From Leucoraja ocellata (Eukaryota): a stretch of 64,000 nt of DNA. Positions 37,893-49,489 of this stretch are shown piece after piece (positions within the stretch are counted from its first letter, which is position 1; each line of letters begins with the position of its first letter). Made by a program: the position numbers and the translations under genes. Where the stretch lies: contig JAWMAR010000631.1 in the NCBI GenBank assembly GCA_036785375.1, positions 558,001 to 622,000 on the forward strand. The letters run 5' to 3'. Below the pieces are notes generated by a model. That model ran no database searches, had not been told where the DNA came from, and saw only the letters and a list, made by a program, of their open reading frames with translations.

Positions 37893-39114
37893 ATTGCTCT
37901 GGTCCCTAACTCCCAGCTGCACAACTGGCACCATCTCTAATGTTGTTCCATCCACACACTTGGCTCCTATCCCAGCCACACATTGCAGCCTTCCATCCCG
38001 CCCCACACCCAGCTTCCACGGGTGTTACATTTAGGAATGTGGCCCTGCAGTAAAGAGTATTGTTGTGCATCGTAGTTAGTAAGTCTCCATATCTAATCAC
38101 AAGGAAACTGCTAAAAAATCTTATTTACACTGGTGATAGTTCAGCGTCCTTGAAGTGGAGTTGAACATTTTGAACATTTTATAGTACCCCATATTAACCT
38201 CTTGATTTATACGTTTTGATGTAATCCATATGGTTTCTGACAGCTGTGTGTGCAGCCAGATTAACCTGCATTCATCCATGTAGTTTCCAAATAGACAATA
38301 AATTCACCTACCAAATGTGTGCTCACCAAACAACTTTGAGAATACTCATTGAGATAAACAATAACATTCAATGTGTTCAGTACTGTATTTACATGTTGTT
38401 AAAAATGGCAACAGCTTTGCCCAACCTTTTGCCATCTCACTGTTCTGTCTCAGGGAGGAGTTTGAGAGCAAATATTTGGAAAATTAATGAATTGTTAATG
38501 AATGCTCCAACATCTAAAGTATATGGGGAGCCAATTATTAAGATGAGGCTTTCCTTAAACAACCCTTCCAAGTGATGCAGAGATTGACCTGCACCACCTC
38601 CAACCTTGTCAGCTGCATTCACTACTCATGATGCGATTTTTTGTTTGCTCCAGATCCAGGGGTCTGTACTCCCTACCATCTCTATTCTGCCAGACACAAT
38701 ACTGATCCTGCATTGCAGAGCATGTTTATAATAGCAGAAGGAATATTTTCCCATGTTTTCAGGCTAGGAATCAGAAGCCTGCAAGTATTTCTGTGTTGCC
38801 ACTAAAAACATGACAATAGCATTTTTAAATCATTGGAAATCCTTTGTTGTTTGTTTGTGTCATTGTTCTTTGACAGTACGACTTTCTTAAAAAAATGTCA
38901 TTCACTAAACCCAGTGCGATAGAACCCATCAAAGCATGTATTAATGTTGAAGACATTGTAGAGATCAACAGCAATGTTGTTGTTCCTGAATATGCATTTA
39001 TTATCTACTACACTCAACAGAGCTACGAATAAAAGGTGAATATTTGCACATCGCTAATCAATGTATTAGTTGATAAAGGTGTACTTATCAATGTGATGAG
39101 TGAACAAACCTTAC

Positions 39115-39232
39115 ATCATCTTTACTGTTATGTTCAGTATATAATCATGTATTGTCTTTCCGCTGACTGGTTAGCACACAACAGAGGTTTTTCACTGTAC
39201 CTCGGTACATGTGACAATAAATAAACTAAACC
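39115..39232 (+). repeat. LINE/SINE 3'-tail remnant (a second, inverted remnant lies at about 39915-39985)
   Basis: CACTGTACCTCGGTACATGTGACAATAAA-TAAACTAAAC, and its reverse GTTTAGTTTACTGTCACGTGTACCGAGATAC. Confidence 0.6.
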
Positions 39233-39339
39233 TATCCTACTTTAACATAACAGTACCACTGTATTGTATTTCTTCCAGCAGTACTACAAATTTGACAGCT
39301 CTGGGAACAAAATTCTGTTCAAATCCAAGAGCATTAATA

Positions 39340-39609
39340 CGAACATTTTCAACATGTTGACAATCCAGCGGCGACCATAACAACGTACGACTCTTTGGGC
39401 GACTACTCACGACCATACAGGGTTCACCCCGCGACATGTCGCCAGGATGTCGCCTGTATGGTCGCGAGTAGTCTCCTCACTCGCCCAAAGAGACGTAGCA
39501 TCTTTCTGGTCGCTGCTGGATTTTCAATGTTGAACATTTTCGGCGACCTGCAATGACCTATGACGGGTGCCAGCAGTTGCCGAAAAAATCGCGTGTGGGA
39601 CAGGCCCAT
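39340..39609. mobile_element. Truncated Harbinger-type MITE related to 15408-16012
   Basis: Right TIR AAAAAATCGCGTGTGGGACAGGCCC; shares internal GTCGCTGCTGGATTTT and CGCCCAAAGAG motifs; long imperfect internal palindrome. Confidence 0.75.
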
Positions 39610-40479
39610 AGATCTAATGATCTTATTCTATTCTAATACTAATTCTAAAAAAAAAACGAATTCCACCTTATTCTAATAATCTATCTTATGTCCAGTAATT
39701 CAGCCAAGGAAAAATGAAAATCAATAAAAATCAACAAATGTCTGGCATCCAAACAATCATAACAGCAAATCTGCAAGAACATATATAACTGTTAGAGTTT
39801 AACAAAACACCAGGTGTTAATCTAATTATTGATTTTGTGAGTCTACTTTCTGATTATATACTTGCAGTTGTCAACCACTATAAAGGATTTCCCCGCTGGT
39901 TCTACATTCACAATAGTTTCAGTTTAGTTTCAGTTTCAGTTCAGTTTCAGTTTAGTTTACTGTCACGTGTACCGAGATACTGTCATAACTTGTGAAAGAT
40001 GCTAACCACGTGGGCAAGAATGTGTGACTCTATGCGATTGTTGCCTTTAGTATTGACTGCCAGAAAAGATTCAGATATCAAAGTATAGCACGAATTATGT
40101 AATTCTGCAAAGCGCTGAAATCACCATGTACTGTCTACAAACAGCTTAGGTTTGAACACACAAGGGGGAAATTTATGTTAATGCAACCATGATGGTTGTC
40201 ATATCATGAAATTTCCACGTGCAATCAATCACGTGAACGGAAACCTCTATCAGAAGGACTTGTTACAAAGATTAAGAGAATCAGATTGCTTAGCACGATG
40301 CCAATACATTTCCTTTCTCTGAACACTATATATCCTCTTTAAACCTTGGCATTATTCCAAACAATTTGAATGTCTCAGGTGTGGCAATAAAGAAGATAAC
40401 CATTGTTTTACGTAATACCAGTAAGTCTATCAAATTGATCATAGATATGAGGTCTTAACTGTCTCAGGTTACTCTCAGC

Positions 40480-41075
40480 AGCATTGTTATCACCCAGTCC
40501 TCCATTTAAGTTACACCTGACTAGAAATTTAACTGGACAAGATATGTAAATACTATGGCTATAAGAGATGGTCAGACACTGTTTATTTGACGGCAGGTGA
40601 CTCACCTCTTCACTCCCCAAAGTTTAACCTGCGATTGAATATTTTTAATTACCAGGAACAGGTAGCACCTACAAAAGACCAGAACTTCAAATTATCCAGA
40701 GCATCATCTGTCTTTGGATTGGTACCTCACCTACACTAAGCATTAGTTCTCTTCACTAACAGCGTACTGTCTCTGCAATGCAGATCATTTAATAGATGCA
40801 TGGATGCATCTCATCAAAGCTTTGATGACAGCACTTGCAAAACCCTTAAACTCTATCACTTGGAAGGGTAAGTGCAACAATGGAGAAGAATCTCTGTACA
40901 CTCTAAGTGGAGATCTCCTCCAAGTTACATGCCTTGCCTGACTTGGAGGAGATGCATCTTCATCATTGCTGGACCTCTCCTTTCTAAATGACATGTTGGA
41001 TGCCAATTCACCACATGGATTCCAGCCATTCGTGAAGTACGTTTCCCAAGAATTAAGGATAAATATTAATAACTG
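40480..41075 (+). mobile_element. Very old LINE 3' remnant (clade uncertain)
   Basis: Degenerate resemblance to a chondrichthyan LINE 3' region, including the CTCCAAGT..ACTTGGAG stem-loop; no open frame. Confidence 0.35.
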
Positions 41076-42044
41076 GCTGTGTCAGTTTTTCAAAATCCCA
41101 TAAACAAATGAAATGGTATGTTGAAGATATTCAACAGTATCGGCAAATACCATTGTATCTTGCCATTTCAGATATCATAGATCTGCTACCTGTTTCTTTG
41201 GCTGCATCCTCTGTAATATTGACTACACAATCTGTGTATGGTGCATCATTGCTGATTCATTCCTTTTCCCCTGATTTTGGACCTTTTTCCACTGGAAGTA
41301 GGCATTGCAAACCTGTTGTGGCTGTAAGGCATAAGGCATGTGTGTATTTCGTGCTTTGGGTCATTTTAAGCGGATGGTTTGCATTTCAGAACACATTCTG
41401 ACAAACTCTCAAACACATTGAATGGAGTCATAATACTTAAGGTTAATGGCAGTAGTAAATGCAAGGAAAACAAATTGCATTAAAAGGAAACAACAAATAA
41501 ATTGTAAGAATCCTGGATGACATAGTGAGTGACACAAGGGTTTTGCACTTGGATATGCAGTTCAGCAGGTGAGTGGACCATTTAGGGGACTAGATCCAGG
41601 TTTAGGTTATTCGCATGACTTACTTCCTTATTAACACTTGTCATATCTTTGAGAAAGGCATCAAAATGTGGGTTAGCAACACCCAACTTCCCAATTTATT
41701 TTGGTAGTACCTTCATCAATGAAACAACAGTCTCCTATTTTACCATATCACCTTAAATAAACTTTGAAATTAGCAGAACGCAGAAGGAGGCAATCATTTG
41801 CCCCATCACTTTAAACGTAAGATAGTTTATTCCAGTCAATATAATTAAAAATAACTGTTATGATGGGTATGATTATAGAAATATAGTAATACCTCCTTTA
41901 GTGCCAACCCCCTATAGTGCTGCTTTGTTATAAAGCTCTTTCATTTTGGAGCCTTTTTCGTTTCCAAAACAAAATATCCATAAATGTGGTCAGAATGTGC
42001 AAGTTTGAGCACTCTGCTGAGAGGGCTCATCTTTGTTTACATTC

Positions 42045-42143
42045 AAAGGTAGACACAAAATGCTGGAGTAGCACAGTGGGACAGGCAGCATCTCTGGATA
42101 GAAGGAGTGTATGACATTTCGGGTCCAGACCCTTCTTCAGACA
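42045..42143 (-). repeat. Penelope-derived repeat with a hammerhead-like core
   Basis: Minus strand 42140-42112 reads CTGAAGA-A-GGGTC-TG-GACCC-GAAA-TGTCA. Confidence 0.7.
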
Positions 42144-42334
42144 TTCACATTGTCTACATTCACATTGCATAACACATATGCTTGTATCTGGTCAACAGTT
42201 TCCTCTCAGCCCTCAAATAGTTCAGTCTCTGGCACAACTACATTGTGTACACATTCTGGTTGTCTCACAGAATTTGTTATATTATCTATACTCTTTTCAC
42301 CCATCATGACTGGAAAACGACCTGCAACTCCAAC

Positions 42335-43085
42335 TTGAAGCGTACTGTTTACCAGAATGATACCTGGAGCATTAGCCACAGGGAGAGGTTGAACAGACTT
42401 GTATTGTTTACTCTGGAACATTGGGGATGTTGAGGGGAGACCTGATAGACGTACATAACATTTTGAGAGGCTAAGATGGAGCGGCACGGTGGCGCAGCAG
42501 TAGAGTTGTTGCCTTACAAAGCTTGCAGCTCCGGAGACCCGGGTTCGATCCCCACTACGGGTGCTGTCTGTCTTTGTATGTTCTCCCCATGACCACATGG
42601 GTTTTCTCCTCCAAGATCTTCATTTTCCTCCCACACTCCAAAGAAGTACAGGTATGTAGGTAAATTGGCTTGGTATAAGTAAATTGTCCCTAGTGTATGC
42701 AGGATAGTGTTAATATGCGGTGATCACTGGTTGGTGCAGACCCAGTTGGCTGAACGGCCTGTTTCCGCACTGTATTTCTAAACTAAACTAAACTAAACTA
42801 AACTAGACAGTAAGAATATTTTTCCCAGGATGGAAAAATCAAATAATATAGGGCCGAGCTTTAAGATGAAAGGAACACGGTTTAAAGGAGATGTGTGGGC
42901 AGGATTTTTACACAGAGGGTGGTGAGTTCCTGAAATGCTTTGCTGGGTTGGTGGTTGAGGCAGATACAATTGAGGGATTTATGAGACTTTTGGATAGGCT
43001 TATGGAAATGTAGGAAATGGAGGGATATGGATTATGACCAGGCAGAGAAGAGTTGGTCTTAGTCTTGCTTCATGTTCACCACAGA
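42335..43085 (+). mobile_element. CR1 3' fragment interrupted by a SINE
   Basis: TTTACCAGAATGATACCTGG..GGGAGACCTGATAGA..GAGAGGCTA | GACAG..CACAGAGGGTGGTG..GAGGGATATGG. Confidence 0.8.
42478..42804 (+). mobile_element. V-SINE/HE1-like SINE, near full length, (CTAAA)n tail
   Basis: GCGGCACGGTGGCGCAGC (A box), GGGTTCGATCCC (B box), CR1-like 3' end GGCTGAACGGCCTGTTTCC and ctaaactaaac tail. Confidence 0.9.
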
Positions 43086-43089
43086 CAAT

Positions 43090-44192
43090 GTCTGGTTTAA
43101 CTTCCAATGACACGTTTCTTATTGCAATCAATAGATCAGGGAGTCATTTCTAATTTCAAAGCTTTTTACCTTCGCCACAACTTATTGAGGAAATGGTGGC
43201 CAAGAAAAACATTCTCTCTGAGGGAATTTTAGAAAATATACCACATCATGATTGCCATATATAATATCAAAGTAGCCTGGGATAAAGTAATCCAAAACTG
43301 CAGGAATGGAGTCTGGAAGAAGTTATGGTCAGAAACATGCAATGACTCACGATAATTTGACAAGGAACCTCCAGCACTCATCGATAACATTGTTGAGCTG
43401 GCCAATGAAGGGGGAGTGAAGGATGTCAGTGATGAAGATGTGGAGGAGTTATTGGAGTCCTATGATGAATGTTTGACTGTTGAAGAACTGCAGGAGTTGA
43501 CAGCAACACATCCAGAGTGAGTCTGAAGATTCTGACGACCTTGTTGCAGAGACAATACCAGGGAGATTCCTCACTGCTGAATTCCTCAGCAAAAGGATCA
43601 CAAGGATTATGGAAAATTATGGACCAGATTATTGAGAATGACCAAGACTGGGGTTGGCAGCAGCAAGGTAAAAAGAGGTGTTCTGGTCAAGATTTCCGCC
43701 CACCGAGAATTGTTTCCTGAGAGAAGATGCAAACAAGAAAATGCAAAAAACCCTGGATTCATTCATCAAGAAGCAGCCAAACCATGGTGAGGAACCACAG
43801 CCTGGACCCTCATCCCAACATGAGGAGAACCCACAATATGGATGCTCATCAAAGATGTAGCCTCTGCTGTCCTACTTCCCAATGTTGCTGTGATGTGTCG
43901 CAGGTTACATTATCATTCTTCAAATTTATGTTATGCATTATATAGTTCAATATTCTGCATTGTACATTAATTAGTAACGATACATTACTATACAGTATTA
44001 GACTGTTTATTAATACCCATACTCTGCATCTACTATAAGATATACAGTACTATATATAGCTCAGATTTAAAAATAATTTATCATGATTGCCGCTCCATTT
44101 ATGTTATTATATTATGACCACGTAAACCGCTGTTTCATTTAGCACTCTGTTTTCTAGGAACATATCTAGAGCACTAAATGGGGTATTTGTGT
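43090..44192 (+). mobile_element. Tigger/pogo (Tc1-mariner) transposon 3' part, decayed DDE transposase
   Basis: LLQSIDQGVISNFKAFYLRH (cf. pogo QPxDQG motif), AWDKV..NGVWKK and an acidic tail EDVEELLES; probable 3' TIR remnant ending ..TGTGTA. Confidence 0.8.
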
Positions 44193-45329
44193 ATATTTGC
44201 GAAGGTACCAGTGGTTTGTTTCACAGAGAATGTGCCACCAAACCCAAAAGTTTAAATGCCACAGTTAAATAATTATGCCTTGTATCTTGCATCATGTTTC
44301 CTCTGTACTTGGGGAGGCTTGTGTTTGAAGTAACCCTCCATTGCTTGGAGGACCGTCGTGACGAAAGACATTATTTTTTTCATCAATTACTACAGCCTTC
44401 TCGTTTGCTCCTTTAAGCGTGTAATTAAAAAGAAGACAACTGAAAGACAATCCTGTGTGGTCACTCACACCATTTAAAATACAGACTGAAAGAGAAAATG
44501 GTCAGTGTGGCAAGAATGAAGTGTTACACACTGATGGAGTAATGATTTTATCCTGCACATTGACAAATGTGGAATATCTCTCTTTTACACCGTAATGCAT
44601 TTAAGATGAATTAGGATAAAAGGAAAACAACAATGTCAGAGAGAGAATTAAATGCTCAGTGTTATCTGTCACCTGAATTACTAATTATGCAGACATTGTA
44701 ATTTGGCAAGGTCCTCACGAATACTGGAGACATTGAGTATTCATTTTAGACAGCCTATATACCATGATGCTTTCTATTGTCACTGTTACCATGGTGATTG
44801 AAGTAGGACTTTTGATCCAAATGCATTAGTTGGAGCTTATTGGGATTTATGCAAAAAAAGTCTGAATAATTTTGTGTGAAGCTTGCTTTCTGTTTTGCTT
44901 CTCATGAGCACATAAAATTCTCTGTGATTTACTTTGCCAGCACTTGATGAATTTGTGCTCCATGTACATTATCACTTGGATAATTGTTTATATTGTTAAT
45001 GTATATTTGGTGTGATCATGTATTAAATTAAAATAAAAAATAATTTAGGAAACAAACCTAATGATGTGAAAAAAGGTTTAAATATATTTTGTAATAACCT
45101 GATTAATTAAAGCAGTACCTGTATTAAAAACTGCCATTGTTAGCTAAATGGATCTTTACTCTGGCGTAAACACTTTAATAGCTTTAATTCACATTAAATG
45201 TGTATTTAAAGTTGGAAGATAATCAGTGATATGGGAGAGAATCAGTAGTACAATGTGAAATATCTAGCATTATGTTTGCTCTTAGTCTCATCCAAAGACC
45301 TGGCGGACTCCCCAAACATGAGGCTCACC

Positions 45330-45397
45330 TGTTGGATGTCGAGAAGAAGTTTCCTCTAGTGGGAGAGTCTTTGATTAGAGGTCACAGCCTCAGAATT
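45330..45397 (+). mobile_element. CR1 3' fragment, left part (host of the DIRS insertion)
   Basis: GTGGGAGAGTCT..AGAGGTCACAGCCTCAGAATT; continues at 54817. Confidence 0.85.
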
Positions 45398-45642
45398 TTA
45401 CTTCGGAGTCACGTGAGTGACTACGTGAAGAACCCGCCTCAGCACGCATGCGCGGCATTACGTTTCAGCAGGCAACAGCGGCAGGCGGGAGTTAGGCTGG
45501 GAAGAAACCAGCATTTGCAGTTCTTTCCCAGCCCTCCCGCTACAACCCTGAAAGGAAGCTATGTAAGTCTTACCTTCAGGTCAACAGCGACTCGCGTCTG
45601 TTTGTTGCTCCAGGAGGAGCAAAACAGCAGAAGAAGCGGCCC

Positions 45643-45988
45643 CCGGGGAAGGAGTGTTCCGTTCCACAGAAGGGGGAAAGACGCCACCAGGAACGCACAC
45701 GCTGCGGTCCACGGACAGAGAGCTGCGCCGGTACCAGTCCAGACGTAAGCGGCCCCCGTTGATTCCGGGTAAGGAGTATTTTCCGTTTCACGAAAGGGGG
45801 AGAGCGCCACCAGGACCGCACACGCTGCGGTCCATGAACAGGGAGCTGCACCGGTGCCAGCCCGGACGCAAGCGACCCCGTTGGACTCCGGGGAAGGAGT
45901 GTTCCATTCGCGGAAGGGGTGAAAGATGCCACCAGGACCGCACACGCTGCAGTCCACAGACAGGGAGCTGTGCCGGGTTCCAGTCTAG
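45643..45988. repeat. About 122-123-bp tandem repeat (about 2.8 units) in the DIRS 5' region
   Basis: Units start CCGGG(G/T)AAGGAGT at 45643, 45765 and 45888; all contain GCCACCAGGA(A/C)CGCACACGCTGC. Confidence 0.9.
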
Positions 45989-48900
45989 AAAACACGGGAG
46001 TCAGGCGCTCCCGCTAAAGAATGGACCATCAGGTAAATCTACTCTGAGGTCAGTTTAACTGGCAAAGGAGAGTTCTTTGCTTGTTCCAACAGCCAAGAAG
46101 AAAGAACAGAACAAGTCTCTCCAAGAAACCTGTCCCCAGCTCAGCTCCAGCAGACAGGCGTCTCATCACAGGGGGACAGAGGGTGGTAGGACCACCAACC
46201 CGGCGCTCCGCCATCCCCGACACCGAGCCGAGCCCAGTTCCACTAGCGCCTGAGCAGCGGACTGGATGTCAACAATCCGGCCGGTGGTATCCGATTCGTT
46301 GGACGGGGACGTCTCACCGCCCGTTTACGGCAGAGACAGCCGCCTGAGCCACATGGAACGGCTCGTGGAGCATAAGCTCTAGCGAGACTTGCTTATGGGG
46401 AGCAGTTTCGCAGAGGGAGTTCAGGCACTCCCTCCACAGTGCCTCATGCACTGGCCATTGCTCCTTCCTCATATAAGGACAGCTTTGGCGACCAGGGCTG
46501 GGCTGGTCAAGAAGAGGGGCACTGGCTGAACAACATCGGGAGTACGCATGAGGTACAGGAACAGGAAGAGCTGCGGGGTGTGGCCGCTATGTGGTTTCAC
46601 CACGAGCGAAATGGCTTCAGTTTCAACTGATGGCCAGCCTACTACCTGTCTTTTCCAAAATACCTCTCCAAGACAGGTAGCCATGAGGCGTTGGATTTAT
46701 CACGCCACCCCTAAATTGCATTTACTCAAAGTGCCCGCCATTATTGGGGGATACATTGAGCAGCGCATTTAACCTAAATGTTTTTTAAAAATGCATTTGA
46801 TACCTGACGTCGGCTATCATGTCCACCTGCTCATTCCAGAAGGGCAGGGTAGTATGGCAAAACACCTGACCCAAATGTTCAACGGTATACCCCATAACTT
46901 CTCTAGTGAAGTCACAAACCTGCCCTCAATCTAAAAAATTAACAGGATTATGAGTATGCCGACCTCACAAGCACAGAACCTGCTACCTGGCATTTACCAA
47001 ACTAGTCCTAAAAAACTGAACGAAGTGTTCAAACTATTCGGCACAAGAGGGCAGAGTCTGGAATGAGCACCACACAAAATACCAGACAGCAGTACCTCTC
47101 CGCGTCCACCAGCAGCGTCTACCCCAAGGTACTGGTGAAAGCTCGGGGCCTGCATGCCAAACCCGTAGGTTTTAGGCCACGGCCCAGAGCAGGCCCCAGA
47201 GAAAATGTGCCACCCCCAACAAACATCAGCCCTACAAGAATAAGGAACCAGAAACCAAAGAAAACAGCAATAAAGACAGATAAGTATGGTTCCTACCACT
47301 ACATAAAGGTGAAGGGTTGTACTAACAAGGGGTGGGTGAATCACACCTGGTTAGGAAGCTATCACTTTGGGAATTATATACAATATCTTGCCACCAATCT
47401 AGCAAGCACCCCAAGGGGTCTACCCTCCCGCGAAGGTGAATGTCGCACCATCATTGATAAACCACTTAAGTATTCACCCATTCATGGGATTTGTAACTAC
47501 TACCATGGGACCAAGGATACTTTATGGTAGACATCAACCCTGAAGATGCATACTATTCAGTACCTTCTCATATAAGTTTCGGATATACCGCAATTACCTG
47601 GATGAAGTAACCATGATGAGCATTGCGGCATTTAAGTCTAAGCTATCCAGTATCAACCAGCCCTGACACTTAAGAAACATCCGTCATGGCATGTCTATAT
47701 ATTAACGACACACTATCCTGTGATACAGCGTTAGTTGCATTAGATACTAACTTATTTAGCGGGCATTGCCATATATCCAGATATTACGTGACCATCCACA
47801 ACTTGTCATCTGGTATTTATTAAGACTATCAGTTATGGTAACATTAACCACCAATCAACTACGTGGCTAAGTATTGGGTAGTAGCAGCATTACCAGCTAC
47901 TGAACATTGTACCTTTCCTATGAGCTGAGATACTAGTGTTCAAAACTTACCCACACCTGTGATATGGGGGCATATGGATTAATCTGGAGTGTTATCATGG
48001 AATTATCGGCAGGAAGGATTATGGTTGTACTCTTCCACCTGTTTTGAGTAACATCTTATGTGTCCTGATGTGTTACTGAGCTTGTAATACTTAGTGCCTA
48101 TGCAAATTGACTTAAACATGTTATATATTAACTTACTTAATTCTAGTGAAGCATTTGCTCAGTAACCCACCAAATTTGCATGTTCATTTACAAGTTAACA
48201 ATATCACAGTGGTGGCATATACCAAACCACTTGGTCAGGGAACATCGATATTAGGTGACAATTTATTAACATTTGGTAACCGTATGTCGTCAAACATATT
48301 TGACCATCAGTAACCTCACCTATCAGGTGAGCTAAATACTGTAAACATACATTTAAACCAAAAATATTTGCTGGAATTACTAAGCAATATGGACACCAGA
48401 TATCAATTCCTTATATCCAATCAAATCACCACGTATTAACTTACGTCACATGAAACCAATTTCAAGGCGGCGGCTATGGAGACATACCCACGTATTGAAG
48501 GGTGGGGGAAATCTAATCTCTAATTTCTCCTTTCCTTCTACCTCTTCAATAGGTACGTACTACGGCTTCATCAGTCGGGTACTACGCAAATTACAGTGGA
48601 CCAAGTCCACGGGCATGGTTCCCAGTGATCCTCGATATGGTCATTAAAAGGATTGCAAAATTGGGAAGACCACTGCTGTGTTTGGATCAGCAGCACTATC
48701 AACCTGATGACAGCATTCCGTCGCATATCCTAAGGAACATACCTAAGGAGCATCAAGAAATGGGACACTGTTTTTCCAAAACAGGAATTACACATTCAAC
48801 TACAACAAAACTGTACTGGAGCGCCTGGCAGGTCTTCACCACAATGAAGGAAATGTTCTGTCAGCCTACTCAACTTGGGTACCGCTCACTGGTGATCAGA

Positions 48901-49489
48901 TACAGGAGAAGTATATTCAGTCCATTCCCCAGAAATAGGTACACCCAAATTGGGGTGTCAGTGAAACCCTGACGTACCTTAGGGGATGATCACCAGCCAG
49001 GTCACTCACCCTGGAACAGCCTACCCTGAAGATGAACATGCTGGTGGCCTTACATCAACACAAAGAGCCAGTTCTTCCATCTACTGCGATGGGACAACAT
49101 GTTTATGACACCAGATAGTGTCACATTCCCATTCAAGGGTTGGCCAAACAGAACATAGAAACATAGAAACATAGAAAGTAGGTGCGAGAGCAGACCACCA
49201 GGTCCATCGAGCCCGCACCGCCATTCGCTCATGGCTGAACACTAAACAGACACACTTACCCACAAACAGTAGACACAAGACACAGAACACAAGACACTAC
49301 CCTCCCCTTTATACCACTATCACCCCTCTCCACCCCAAGAACCTCGTGATCTCCTGGGGGAGGCAAAAAACCGGATAAAAACCCAGGTCCAATTCGGGAA
49401 AAAAAATCCGGGAAATTCCTCTCCGACCCCAATCTAGGCGATCGACACTTGTCCAGGAGATCACTCAGGTCTTACTATACTAACCATAC

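Noticed and set aside
40913-40953. Perfect 13-bp stem ATCTCCTCCAAGT/ACTTGGAGGAGAT
   Set aside because: It lies in a probable old LINE 3' remnant and is too short for a pre-miRNA; no further support.
42478-42560. tRNA-like A/B boxes
   Set aside because: These are heads of tRNA-derived SINEs (also at about 13300 and 34960); there is no full cloverleaf.
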